DNA of 53,513 bases, the filler included, from Dimargaris cristalligena (Eukaryota): the NCBI GenBank assembly GCA_003614675.1. It is 2 parts of 2 records of this genome, joined end to end, with 100 filler letters (N's around TTAATTAATTAA, not from the genome) between each part and the next. Parts side by side here need not be neighbours in the genome. Positions count along the whole stretch, not along the records: positions 1 to 26,799 come from ML002536.1; 1 more part is not named here. The stretch is one strand, 5' to 3'. Position 1 is the first letter of the stretch. Every line of letters starts with the position of its first letter. Position numbers and translations under genes: made by a program. Under the pieces are notes generated by a model. The model ran no database searches. It saw only the letters and a program-made list of their open reading frames with translations, and was not told the origin of the DNA. Below, piece by piece: positions 1-12,292 of this stretch.

Positions 1-2079
1 CCTCGTTCCTTTCAACAGCGCCGGCCTCGGACTCTTCCGCAGTACCAGCCTCGCCCGTAGCCGGGGTGGCATCGTCAACCGTGAGGTCGCCCAAGGCGGC
101 GTCCAAGGATTCCGACTGGGTCACTGGGGCAGTATCAGTCTCCATCTGGGTAGGAGCAGCCGCCTGGCGGTGTTGGGCCAAAGTAGCTTCCACCCGGGTC
201 TTGAATTCCTCCTTATCGAACCCCAAGAACCGCACCAATTTATCCCGGGCGTCCGTTTCGAAGAGTAGCTTCAGTACGCGCCAGTTCTTGGCCTCCATTT
301 CGGAGGTGGCGGAGCGAATCCGCTTCTCGCTGAACTCAGCCAGAGAATTGGTTTCCAAAGCGTTCTCTAATTCCCGGGACTGCTGGAGTAGGGCAGTGTC
401 GGTGACCACGGAGGCTATCGACACATTGTAGGGTACGGGGGCACCCGTGCTGGCGGCGGTGGCCTGCGCGGCTTCAGATGGAGCTGAGAAGTAGACGAGC
501 TGGTTACCAAACCCGAAGCTGGCACCCACGGGCCGGCGGTACCACTTGGGGGGCTGTTTAAGCGAGAAGGAGGACGCGGCGGAAGCCGAGTAGATATCGG
601 CGGAGAATGGGTCGTCTTGAGCCGTGCCGGCGGCCTGCGAGGTATCTTCACCCTCGTTGGTGGATTGGAGAGAGTAGATGCCAATTTTGCCGTCAAAAGA
701 GGCGGTACTGAGTAGATTAGGGTTGGTCTGGTTGACTTGGACATCGAAAACCCAGTTGTGGCTGACCGGCAGCTGTTGAAAGGAACGAGGAAGTACATAG
801 GGATGACCACATAATACAGACAGGCAGATAGAAGAGATCGGTAAATGTTAGAAAAACCAAAGGCAACAATAAGAGCAATGTGTCAGCAAATAATAAATCA
901 ATACAGGCCATAATGGGATATACTCCTCCAACTTAGACAAGGCCAGTGCTGGCCATCAAATAGTTGACAATGGTATAACCGGAATAGACATGAATTATAA
1001 TCGCCAAAACTTACCTCGCCAATGATCTCACCCTTGCGGGGGTTCCAGCAAATAGTGCGGTTGTCTTTGCCGCTACTGAACAGCAAATCGGCGTCCATTT
1101 TACACCACGACAGGGAGAGGATACCCTTACTATGCCCGGAGAAAATGCGCTCGGGGGCCTGGGCATTACGCAGATCCCACATCATGACGACGGGGTTGTT
1201 ATCGTCCTCGGTAGCGGTCACGAGCTGGGTCGCGTTATCGGGGTTCCAGGCCACGGCGGTGACGCCGCGTCGACTTGCGGACAGGGCGTGCATACCGCCG
1301 CCCACTTGCGGGGTACCACCGTTGTAGTTGAGGTGCATCACTTCCCGGCGGTTCTTGAGATCCCAAATGACGGTGTAACCCGTGGTGGACGCGGAGGCCA
1401 GAATGTGGGTGACCTGGTTATTCCAGGCCAGTGAGGTAATGTCCTCCAGTTTAGTCGAGCGGGGACCAGGGCTATAGGGCGTGCTGGGGGTTTCTAAGTC
1501 CCAGATGAAAATCTCGCCGTTACCGGCACCGGTGGCCAGCACCTTCTTCTGCTGGTTGTTGAAGTCCATACCCGCCACGTGGCCGGTATGGTTCGTGCTT
1601 CGGAACACCACGGGGTCCGGCCGATCGGCACCCCCTTCGGAAGCGGCGTCGGTGGCATGCAACGACGACGATTGGCTGCGGTGGTGGGTGAGCACATTAG
1701 CGGCATCCCACAGGACGAGCTCACCGTTTTCCATACCACCGGCCAGAATACCCTGCCGGCGGTCCTGGACGGGCACGGACCATAGCAGCCGGCTGAAGCG
1801 GGAGCTGGCGGCGACGGTGGCCACGGGACCCCACTGCGACGAGGCCGAAGGGGCCACCACATTGGCGAAGTCAAAGTCGGACCCATCGGCGGCTACGGGG
1901 ACGGCCGGGGCTGGAACGGGGGCAGATGGGCTGTCATCGAGTTGGTAGATGTCCAGATGGCTGGTATTAGAGAACGAGGCATCCAAAGCACCCGCAGCGG
2001 TACCGGTGGCAATGTACGAGTGCTGCTGGATGGGGCACCAGGCCGATATGGCGGTGCGATCGATAGTTTTGAGAAGCAT
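1..2079 (-). CDS. SEC31: COPII outer coat protein Sec31, 3' part outside window; exons 1015-2079 and <1-772
   Basis: Starts MLLKTIDRTAISAWCP...GALDASFSNT and has WD40 repeats (GHSKGILSLSWC). Intron 773-1014 (GTAAGT...CAG) joins GEIIGE to LPVSHNWVFDVQ...STASFDGKI...LKQPPKWYRRPVGASFGFG, which are typical Sec31 motifs. Confidence 0.96.
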
Positions 2080-2800
2080 CCGACGGTAGAAGGCTCAACT
2101 AAGTAACGGGCCAAGGATGGGCTGACGCACGATAGATGGAGAGCAGGGCTGAAGAGCAGAGAGAGGGGGCTTTACTAGAATACGGTGGAATAAGCGAGTA
2201 GACGGAGTTAAAGTAATTAGACTAGACTGGGGTGAGGGGAGGTGCGGAGTGAGAAAGAGAGAGAGTGACAGAGTCCGAGATGGGCGGATGAAACAAACGT
2301 TCAGGTGCGGACGAAACAGGGCAGATGCCTTCGAAGGGCGCACAATGAAAGTCGGCAATGAGTAAAAAAGCAAGAGAGTGAACAAAACGAGATAAACTAG
2401 AAACAACGGAGAAACCCGCACAAACCGTAGACCGAAGGACAAGGGAGTTCGAACACTGAGCGAGGGAGCCCTCCTCCACCTCCCCCGCTCGACGTGGCCC
2501 ACTCACAATCCTCCACCCCCCAGGCCAGAGTGATCCTCCCAGCTTACCTCAGTGGCAAAAGAGAGGGAGAGGAGGGGGAGATTCAAAAACTGTCCCACAA
2601 TGGGTAAACTTTTGGCCCCGTTTTATACCCCTCTCCCACCCTCCAATTGTACTTTGCGTTTCGGAGTATTTGCCAAGACAGCAGCGGCCTTGGCTGTGGG
2701 GCTCAGGTATACTACATTAGGCAAATATTGGAAGCCGTCGTCATAATCCAACCGGCGCATCAAGCATACCGATCGCACAATACTTGCCGATGCCTGTTGT

Positions 2801-2825
2801 CTATGACTATGACTATGACTATGAC
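2801..2825. repeat. (CTATGA)4 tandem repeat
   Basis: Read directly from the sequence. Confidence 0.9.
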
Positions 2826-3750
2826 CAGTTCCAAGACCGGAATATATTCGGCGTGGCGGAGAATACCCACAGTACTAACGAAAAGGACCGAGCTATGGAC
2901 CACAACGGAAACATTTTAAAAGTGTTTGGTTATATGACACAGTCGCAGTCGCAGGCACCACAGCCATATAGGCAACCGAGGATTACGCGGTGTTAGCCAA
3001 TCTTATATCCACCTCGCCAGTAGTATTTTCTAGCCAATGGGACGGTGCTATGTACACAATACCCAAGTCCACCCCACCAGCCGTTTCCCCGTCTTATTGT
3101 CCTCCAGTAACGCGCAGATTTGATCGGACAATCTACAATTGGCCAGTGTCGACAAGGACGGCTGCTTTTTCGCTTTTTATGTAAAGGCCACAGATGCCTG
3201 ATCAGTACATTAAACAGCCCACGAAACATCCGAGAGTTCCATAGCCGCCCACATGTATATTAATGGTATGGCTGGATCTAGCATATTTTATTTATAAAAC
3301 CAATTCAACCACACTGGTAAATCACTTCATCTACCACGTTTAATCATTTACTCCGAATAGAAAGGAATGATATGGACAAGAAAGAATGGTGTATGTGTAT
3401 AATAACGTAAATGTTTGGATGGGTGAGTGAGCGAACACGAGACTGAAGGGGAAGGGCGGGTATATATATATATACTGCAGATGCAATTAAAGGAACCCAA
3501 AGCGGAGTGAGGAGGGGGTGGACCGATTGTGCAATGGCCCACGTTTCAATCAATTCTAGGAAAGTACAAAAAGGGGGTGGAGAAAGGTGCGTAGAAAAAT
3601 ACAAAGTAAATAATAATATGTATATATATATATATAATAGCCGAATCGTGGGGGAATCATAGTGGGACAGCCGCAGCTTCCACCCTGAATTGGCCAGTGC
3701 TTCTATCATCACCACCACGACCAACGGGCCATTTATTTTTATTTCCCCAA

Positions 3751-6700
3751 TTATTCCTGACCAAACCCCACCGTTTCCTCCACTGCCCACGTCAACTTCT
3801 TCACCAAGGTCTCGTAGTCCGGGTACGGTGGCAAATCAATTCGATTAAAACACGTGTGACTTTTCGGCAGCTGAGATATCTCCCCGGATTTTTCGATTGT
3901 AAACCGCCGGGGACCGTCGCTACCCTGTAGATCTTTAAACCCATTGACGGGAATTCGCGAGGTACCTGTGGTAAACTGGAGGAGCCGGATTTGCGTTTCC
4001 GAGTCCCAGGTTTTGACGCACCGCCAGAACCACTGGACAATGGGGTCACTCTCGGTGTACCCCCGGTAGTCCGTGTGTTTCTTCCAGTCGTCCAGGTCAA
4101 TATCGGCAATCCCGCCGATGAGGAGTTCGAGCTCACGCTCGTCGAATACGACGATCAGGTCCTTGGGGATCAGTTGGTAGAACCCCTCTAGGAAGGCCTC
4201 GAGTTGGTCTTCGATCCGGGCCCGGATTTTCCAATTGGTAATGAGTTCGACGTATTCCCGTTTGTTGGCTTCCGTGACCGCGAGGTTCCGGCCATCCGGC
4301 TTGAGGTCCACCTCCACGACTTCGCCGAACCGTTCCTCCTCCACGGAGAACGTCATGTCCAAAATACCCGTGATGTCGTTTTCCAACATCCACGTGAGAC
4401 TGCGGTGGAAATCGGCGTCGACACTTTCCATATCCGCAAGGGTGATGCGTTTCCGGAGGAGCAGCTTGTAGAAACTGGTCACAAAAAAGGCGTCCAGGAA
4501 GCGGCGGTGGAAGACGGCCAAGCCCAGGCACCGTCCGATAAATTTGAAGTAGTTGAGGTGGTCCGGGTTGACCCCCGAGTGCGGGTTAATCTGGAGGGTA
4601 TACGTGTCGTGGGCCGAAAATTCAAACAGACAGTACGACGGGTTGAAAATCTCGTGCGAGAGGAGGAAGAAAAATTCCCGGGACAGTCCACCGTAATCCA
4701 GCCCATCTTCACCGTCGAATTTAATATACAGCCGTTTTTTGAGTTCGCTGGGCCGGTGGCGCATGATTTCGGCATAAGAGTCTTCGAAAATGTGGTCGCG
4801 GCGCACTTTAATGTGGCACTGCCCCGGGGCGGGCCGCATGTCCTGTTGCGAGCGGAAATAAATGAGTTTACGCCGGAAGTCCCGCTTATATTGCGGAACG
4901 TTGCTGTCGAGACTGCTGGGTAACCGGGGGTCGTCCCACGTGGTCGTTTTGGTATTGTGGTCCACGAAGAAGACGTGACCAGTGTTGGTTACTCGCATCT
5001 CCCAACCCGTAGGGAGGGGCCCCAGAGTGCTCTGGGAGGGGGTGGCACTGAGACCCACATCGGCCCGAGGTTGGGAGGACTGGGCTCGACCATGGCGACC
5101 GCTGGTCGTTGTCCCATTGGTAGGGGCACTACCAGTGCTCGGACCGGAACTAGATCCCGCAGCTCCGGTGGCATCACTGCTAGCGGGTAGCCGAGGGTCG
5201 TTCCAGGAGGTGGTGCGGGTACTGTGATCAACGTAATAGGGCCGTCCTTCGGCGGTGAACCGCTGTTCCCAGCCGGAGGGCAGGGCGCCCAGGTCATCCG
5301 CCGTAGTGACCAGGCTTTGGGCCACCGCCAAAGTGGTATCGCCCCCGGCGACCCCCGTAGAAGGGGAAGAGGAGGAGGAGGGGGACGGGCTTCCCGGGGC
5401 GTTTTCTTCGGGGAGGGTCCGGCTGAGATGACGTTGGCGGGCAATTTCGGTCATGCGTAGATTGTCGGCAGCGGAGTTGGCCGTCCCCTCGCTGCCGTTG
5501 AGTCGGCCGCGTTCCACCACTTGGCCCCATTCGACCCGCCGATTGGGCGAGGCCGGCTGGGCGCCCAGGCCCTGTGCGACCAGCACGGTACTAGGTAGCC
5601 GAGTGGGTAGGTAGGGGGCATTGCATTGCATGCCCAAAGTCAGCCGCCCGCTTACCATGAGATTCACGTTGGAGGCCTTGAGGTCCAGAGTGGTCATGAT
5701 TTCGCCCCCCAAGTCAAGGTCCAGGTACTTGTTGATTTGTAAGTTGATGACACCGAGGAAACCTTGGGCCTGTTCCTTGAATTTAAACTTGCGCTCGTCG
5801 AATATTTGGATGGCCACCACACTCTGGGGAGTGGCTTTGACCGTAAATCCCTGGTTCCAGTAGGGACTGAGGGTCCGCTTGATACTGGTGGTAGTGTGGG
5901 TCTGTTCGCCGTCCACGGTTAGAACCGCAAATGGGTCAGGGTAGCGGAAGATATCCCGCTTCATCAGATTATCAGCGGATATGACTGTTTATGCAGGGGC
6001 GGGTAGAATGAGGGGAGGGGGATGAAGAAGCAATTAGATTAGGTACTACTCTAGTTACCGGTAAATGCACTAATTGGTTTAGGAACCAAACATGAGCGGA
6101 ATTGGCCCGTAAAAGCAGCCCCCGTCCGCTACAGTTGTGAATACAATATTCGGCACTATTGGTACAAAAGGGGGAAGTCCCGAAACTAAAGTAATGCGTG
6201 TCGCATACTTACTGGTTATTTTTACCCGGCTGGTTCGGGGATTAGAAATATACGGTATAGTCGTGGGCGAGAGTGGATTATCGGGGAAATAGAGACAATA
6301 GGATAACAGGGTAATGCATGAGATTTCATTCGATGTAGTAAGTGTATAGAGCGCACCGCCCGGTGCGGAACATAGGCGCCACAAGTGGAGGGCGCTTCAG
6401 GGGGCCAAGGAGTCCGAGCAAAACCACAACGAAGTTTAGGCATGTTTCTACCAAAGGCGAAATACGGGGTTGCGGTAGGCATCGGGTACTGTATGCTATG
6501 GTCTACGCTTCGCTCCCCGGACCAAGTCGCGAGTCGTTCAGCCAGAGAGAGATAGTAGCACACAAGACTGAATGGCGTCATCCCATGCCAGGGTACTGTG
6601 GTGGGGATGGGGGTGGGTTTCGGTTTGGAAGAGTGACACGTTATCGTTCACTTACCGAGCGTCATCGTCGGAAGATGGGGGAGGTGGGAGCGAAGGGCTG

Positions 6701-6783
6701 TCCGATACTATGGTGGGCCTGGGATTAGAAGGAGGGGCAGGCTGGCTCAGCGTACGGCCCGCCGACGACCTATCCGTCGACAT
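3751..6783 (-). CDS. RSP5: NEDD4-family C2-WW-HECT E3 ubiquitin ligase (Rsp5/Pub1); exons 6656-6783, 6213-6229, 3751-5984 (~792 aa)
   Basis: C2 domain ([26 protein letters not shown] after splicing), two WW domains (LPSGWEQR..., LPTGWEMR...), HECT domain with [14 protein letters not shown] and C-terminal GFGQE. GTAAGT donors at 6655 and 6212 and CAG acceptors at 6230 and 5985 give consistent phases (2, 1). Confidence 0.95.
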
Positions 6784-7937
6784 GGGGAAAGAAATTGATG
6801 GGCTTTGACTAGGGAGGAGGGGCACCGGCTTAATGAGGGAGGTTAGAGTGGGGTGTTTGCTTTGGCGTAGAGGCGACGCGAGAGAGGGGGGAAGGAAGGG
6901 GAATTGGATAGAAGGAAAGGATGCAGGGCCAGGAGGGGGGTACGAGGCACCAGGCTCGAGGAATCGGGTCAAAAGCTATGAAGGTATAACTGAGAAAGTG
7001 GACCAGCCAGGAGTCGCGAACAAAAAGGCGCAAGTAGATGGATAGTGAATGAGAGGTAAAAAGTACGTAATGGGTTAGTAAAGGGTAAGAAGAGGCGGCG
7101 GCCTAGTAGTATGTTGTATATGTTTAACCAGTACACAAGGTGTGTTACAGTCCAACTAAATAAATAGAATACCATTGACCGCTACTGCTGGATACATGTT
7201 AATAGGTTTTTTATGGCGAATACGAGAGCGTTCTTTTATCTCGGGACAATGCTGGCGAGTGGTTTAGGCGTATCTCCCACCTACATAGATAGAGTGATGG
7301 GCCCTTCCCTCACAGTGGACATCTCAAGGTCTAAAAATATCAGGCCAAGGGGCCCTGGAAAGGGGACTAGAAAGACCCTTCCTTCCCTTCTTCACCGGAT
7401 ACACACCATCGCCCACATGTAAATAAGCTCCTCTCGGGGGAGAGCGAAAGCCAAACGAGGAGCCAAACCCAAAGCCATTGCATCGTATCGGGTGGCTGCC
7501 AGCCAAACAATAATCGGGATTCGGGGATATATGCACTCTCTGAGATACCGCCACCAGTTCCGAGGCGATTAGTAACAACCATCTGTCTCTATATTATTAA
7601 GCGTGGGCCGGAATAAATCCCTGGGTATGGGTACGGAGAGTTGCTTTATAACTAGGATGTGCAGCACGGAGGGGTTGGTTAGTTCTGGAAGGTGGTGTTC
7701 AATGTATGTTCTCGCCCCACAACAACAACACACAGTGAGGAAGGGAGGGATATGCTTGGTGTCACTTAGGTAGGGCCTGAGACTGGGTGGTGATCGTCGT
7801 CTACTCGCTGGTCTGAGTTCCTGTCACTATGCTATTGGTGGATTATTGGCCAGAGCGGGTGGGAAACTCTCCCCGCAAACTCAGCCCAGTTGTTGCTTTA
7901 TACCCCAAGTGCTTATCTGCATACAGCCCCCAGTTTC

Positions 7938-7966
7938 CTCTCTCTCTCTCTCTCTCCTCTCTCTCT
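7938..7966. repeat. (CT)n microsatellite upstream of SCP160
   Basis: Read directly from the sequence. Confidence 0.85.
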
Positions 7967-8161
7967 ACTTACTTATTCAGCTGGCTTAGGCTTCTTCTAC
8001 TGCTGCTCTAATACTTGATCTCCCTTCGCTTAATATATCTCTTACCCCTCCTTTTTCCCCCTTTACTTCTTGTGTGTGTCGTAAAACAACTCCTCGGCCA
8101 GAGCTTTTCCCCCTTCGCTTACCCCATCCTGACTCTCGTTGACCGGTGATTTAAAGGTACC

Positions 8162-11100
8162 ATGGACGCCTCCTCCCCTGAACTGATCCCCCACCCCACC
8201 GCTGCCCCACTGCCGCCATCCGTGCAGCTCCAGCAGCTGCATTTGGCCTCGGCATCGCCGGCCTTTGAGGCCGAAGTCACCGGTGCTTTCCCCGCCGCGG
8301 ACGCCTCCGACTTCGCCGACCACCCAGCCGCCGCCTCCGCCGAGATGGCCGCTCCCGCTGGTTCCGGTTTGGCTCACGCCACCAAAACTGGCCCTACCGC
8401 CACCTCCCTGGATTTCGCCTCCGAAGCCATGTTCCCCAGTTTGAGCTCCAGCTCTGCCCCCGGTTCCGCCCAAGGGGGTGCCTGGGGTGCCGGCAGTGCT
8501 TCCGCCCGTCTGGGTGCCACCGTTTCCCCCCCCACCCCACCTACGGTGCGCCGGGAGGGCATCGTCACCGAGATCCTGGATTTGCCCATCGTCCAGCCCA
8601 GCCGTCCCAAGGAGTTCGGAGGGGATAAGTCCGCCTTCAATGCGGACCCCTTCGGCAGCCAGTCCAACCGGGGCAAGGAGTTCGGCGACAAGTCCCTCAG
8701 CACCGCGGAATTGGTCCGCCAGGTCATGAAGCGCACCAACACCCAAATTGATGTGACCACGGCTTCCCAGACCCGCACCATGACCTTCTTGATCCGCGGT
8801 AAAGTGGAGCAGGCCCGCCAAGCTAAACGGGAGCTGATGTCCGCCCTGGCCTCCCGGGTAACCGTCACCCTCCAGGTCCCCTCGTTCGTGCGTCCGTTCA
8901 TCCTGGGCCCCCGTGGCAAGACCCTGAATGGAATCACTCAGCGTTCCGGTACCAAAATCCACATTCCGCGCCGTGAAGACCCCCTGGCCGCCGATGACGA
9001 CAGCAATAGCCATAACCAGCAGCCCGACGAAGAGGACTACGATGTCGTCTTCGACATCACCATTACCGGTGACTTGGAAGGGGTCAGTTTGGCCAAATCC
9101 GAAATCGAAAAGATCGTCAACGAGAAGACCTCCAAGCGCGCGGTGCGTCTCACCCACATCCCCACCACCTTCTTCCCCCTGATCGCTGGTGCCCATAACG
9201 CCACGGTCAACAAACTCATGGGTGACTACAACGTCAAGATTCGCGTACCTTTCATCCTGCCTTCTACCGATCCCTGGGACCGCTTGGCCACCCCGGCTTC
9301 GTCATCCAGCACCACAACCGGCAGCGAACCCGCCATCACCGTGTCGGGTGAAAAGGAGGCGATTGCCCAGGCCGTGGAAGCCATCAACGAAATCTACGAC
9401 AACCTGGAGCGGACCACCCGCCAAATCGTCGTGAGCATCCCCAAGCGGCAGCACCGGTTCCTGGTGGGTCCCAAGGGCGCCCACATCCAGGAAATTCTGG
9501 AAAAGACCGGCTGTATCATGGAACTGGCCCCCGCCCACAATGCCTCCGAATCGGTGGTTATCCGTGGGCCTGAGGCTAACCTGATGGACGCTCTGACCAT
9601 GACCATGGAAAACGCCAGCTCCATCCAGGTCGACACCATCGACCTCCTGTCCATGCACCGTGCTGACGACCCCCACGCCCACGCCCGCCTGACCATGCGT
9701 TACCTGGCGGCCCGCTCGAAATTGAAGAAGCTGGAGGCCGACCATAATGCCCAAATCTTCCTGCCCCGCCTCAACCAACTGGAACGCGACTCCGACTATG
9801 TGGTGGAGATGGTGACCAAGGACATCATGAACATGATCCAGGTTCGCCAAGCTCTCGTCGAATTGCTCAAGAGTCTGCCGCCCCAGCATACGGCCGTGTG
9901 CCACGTCGAACCCCACACCCACGGCCACCTCATTGGTCGCAACGGCCAGAACGTGAACCGCATCCACGAAACCCGTGGGGTGGACCTTATCTTCCCCGAG
10001 AAGGAAGACCACAGCTCGGCCGTCCTCCTGGTTTACGAAGGGAACCCGGAGGTGGACTACTATATCCACGACAAGCGGAAGCACCAGCAGGCCGTGGCTG
10101 ATCTGCTGCAGCAGGTCTCCGAGGAATTGGTTCAGGCCTCCCAGGAGGCCGCCGAACTGGTCACCCGTACCCTGACCATTCCCTCCCGTTACCACCGTTT
10201 CGTGATTGGACCCAAGGGAGCCACCCTGGCGGGTATCACAGGCCCGCAGTCGAGCTGCTTCGTCAATGTCGGCAGCAGTGGCCCGAACGGTTCGGCTAAG
10301 CCCGACTCCGGCTCCAATGGTAGCGAAGAGATTACCATCAAGGGCCCCGTCGACGAAGTCGAACGCATCATCCAGGAGATTCAGGCCGTGGCCGACCAGG
10401 CCCGCCAGCACGAAATCGAACACTCCCACGAAGAGAAGCTCAGCGTGCCCGCCCAGTACCTGCCCCACATCATCGGCAAGAACGGCTCCAACGTGACCAA
10501 GCTCAAGGACGAACACAATGTCAAGATCGATGTCGAAGCGAAAGACGCCACGAACACCAACCGGCCCGCCGCCATTTCTATCAAGGGCACTAAAGAGGGT
10601 ACCGCCGAGGTGCGCCGTCTGATCCAGGAGACGGTCGACCGGCTGGCCGATCATACAGTGCTGTCCATCCATATTAACCACCGTTTGCACCCGGCTTTAA
10701 TCGGTTCCCAAGGCCGACTGGTGCGCGGTTTGGAGGATAAGTACAATGTCTTCCTTAAATTCCCCAAGGCCAATAACCGCGACGACGATGAAGACAGTGG
10801 TGCGTCCTCCCAGGACGAAATCGTCATCAAGGGGGGTCGTAAGGGAGTGGAAGCCGCCAAGGCCGAACTACTGGACTTGGCCGCCCACGAAGAGGCCAAC
10901 AACCAGTCCGTCACCTTCAATATCCCCGCCAACGCCCTTCCCCATATTGTGGGTCGCAGCGGCGCTCAGGTGAACGAAATTAAAGACACGACCCAAACCC
11001 GTATCGATCTGGGGGCTGCTCCCAGTAACGGCGGCGACGGCAGTGTCGCCCGTTCCGCTTCCGGTTCGGTCCGGGTCCCTGTGACCATTCGGGGTACCAA

Positions 11101-12292
11101 GGAGGGCATCGCCAAAGCGCGCAAACTGATCGAAGCCATCGTGACCGACCAAGAATCGCAAGTCACCGAACACCTGACCATTGACGCCGAATACCACAAA
11201 CTGCTCATCGGATCCGCCGGTTCCAAGATTCGCGACCTCATCCAGTCGTGCGGCGGCGATCAGGAACAAACCTCTGGCCCCACCAGCTGCCGCGTGTTCT
11301 TCCCCCGTAAAACCTCCACCGGTGACGGTGCCAACGATGTGATGATCAAGGGCGATAAGACGGTGGTGGCTAAAGTCCGCGCGGCCCTCGAGGCATTGGT
11401 GACCGATTTCCGGAACCGGGTCTGTATGACCATTAATATCCCTGTGTCGGAACATCCCCTCATCATCGGACGCGGCGGTTCCACCCTGCGTGATATTCAG
11501 TCCAAACACCAGGTCGATATCGAATTCGCCAGTAGCGGATCAGGTCGCAATAAGGACGCGGCTGCTGCTGCTGCTTCGGGTGAACCTGTTGTGGATCCCA
11601 CTCTGGTCAAGATCTACGGCCAGCCCGCCAACTGCGAAGCCGCCGTGCGCGATCTCAAGTCCCGCGTGCGCACCTCCACGGGTCTGACCGTGCCCCTCCG
11701 GGTTCACCAACTCCTGGGTGGTTCCAACTCGACGCTCTGGCGGTCGATCCGGGCCGACTTCAACGTCTACATTGACCCCGAAAACCCTAACGCCACCGGC
11801 CATACCACTTACACCGACCTCTACGGACCTGAACCCCCGTCCTATGGCCTGGAAAACTCTGCCATTCCCTCTGAGACCCGCCCCAATCCGGTCCTGGAAG
11901 AAGGTACCATCGACTGGGTGTTCAAGGGTAATCTTAAGGGTGTCGAACGGGCTCTGGCCCGCTGTGAAAAGGCCCTCCGGACCGTTGATGGGGGTCGCGA
12001 CTTGCACCTCCAGTACTTGCCCATCCCGGCATCCTATCACCGCCACATCATCGGCCGCGGAGGTGCGAATATCTCGCGCATTCGTAACCAAACCGGTTGC
12101 CAAGTCGAATTACCCAACAAGCGGGCCAGTAGTCATGAGTCGGCCTCGGGCAACCACCAGCAACAACAAGGTGGTGATATGCAGTCGATTATTCCCTCAT
12201 CGGGCGAATGGGTGGCCCTGATCGGGTCAGACGAAGCCATCGAAGACGCCAAGGTGCTAATTGACCAGATCATTGATGACGCGTCTTACTAA
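8162..12292 (+). CDS. SCP160: Vigilin/Scp160 multi-KH-domain RNA-binding protein, 1376 aa, single exon
   Basis: Many tandem KH GxxG loops (ILGPRGKT, LVGPKGAH, LIGRNGQN, VIGPKGAT, IIGKNGSN, LIGSQGRL, IVGRSGAQ, IIGRGGST, IIGRGGAN); size matches vigilin. Confidence 0.93.
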   Translation: MDASSPELIPHPTAAPLPPSVQLQQLHLASASPAFEAEVTGAFPAADASDFADHPAAASAEMAAPAGSGLAHATKTGPTATSLDFASEAMFPSLSSSSAPGSAQGGAWGAGSASARLGATVSPPTPPTVRREGIVTEILDLPIVQPSRPKEFGGDKSAFNADPFGSQSNRGKEFGDKSLSTAELVRQVMKRTNTQIDVTTASQTRTMTFLIRGKVEQARQAKRELMSALASRVTVTLQVPSFVRPFILGPRGKTLNGITQRSGTKIHIPRREDPLAADDDSNSHNQQPDEEDYDVVFDITITGDLEGVSLAKSEIEKIVNEKTSKRAVRLTHIPTTFFPLIAGAHNATVNKLMGDYNVKIRVPFILPSTDPWDRLATPASSSSTTTGSEPAITVSGEKEAIAQAVEAINEIYDNLERTTRQIVVSIPKRQHRFLVGPKGAHIQEILEKTGCIMELAPAHNASESVVIRGPEANLMDALTMTMENASSIQVDTIDLLSMHRADDPHAHARLTMRYLAARSKLKKLEADHNAQIFLPRLNQLERDSDYVVEMVTKDIMNMIQVRQALVELLKSLPPQHTAVCHVEPHTHGHLIGRNGQNVNRIHETRGVDLIFPEKEDHSSAVLLVYEGNPEVDYYIHDKRKHQQAVADLLQQVSEELVQASQEAAELVTRTLTIPSRYHRFVIGPKGATLAGITGPQSSCFVNVGSSGPNGSAKPDSGSNGSEEITIKGPVDEVERIIQEIQAVADQARQHEIEHSHEEKLSVPAQYLPHIIGKNGSNVTKLKDEHNVKIDVEAKDATNTNRPAAISIKGTKEGTAEVRRLIQETVDRLADHTVLSIHINHRLHPALIGSQGRLVRGLEDKYNVFLKFPKANNRDDDEDSGASSQDEIVIKGGRKGVEAAKAELLDLAAHEEANNQSVTFNIPANALPHIVGRSGAQVNEIKDTTQTRIDLGAAPSNGGDGSVARSASGSVRVPVTIRGTKEGIAKARKLIEAIVTDQESQVTEHLTIDAEYHKLLIGSAGSKIRDLIQSCGGDQEQTSGPTSCRVFFPRKTSTGDGANDVMIKGDKTVVAKVRAALEALVTDFRNRVCMTINIPVSEHPLIIGRGGSTLRDIQSKHQVDIEFASSGSGRNKDAAAAAASGEPVVDPTLVKIYGQPANCEAAVRDLKSRVRTSTGLTVPLRVHQLLGGSNSTLWRSIRADFNVYIDPENPNATGHTTYTDLYGPEPPSYGLENSAIPSETRPNPVLEEGTIDWVFKGNLKGVERALARCEKALRTVDGGRDLHLQYLPIPASYHRHIIGRGGANISRIRNQTGCQVELPNKRASSHESASGNHQQQQGGDMQSIIPSSGEWVALIGSDEAIEDAKVLIDQIIDDASY

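Noticed and set aside
8063..12103. Long antisense ORFs (377, 462, 213, 187 aa) opposite SCP160
   Set aside because: They mirror the sense codons. C-ending codon bias removes antisense stops, and no family motifs are present.
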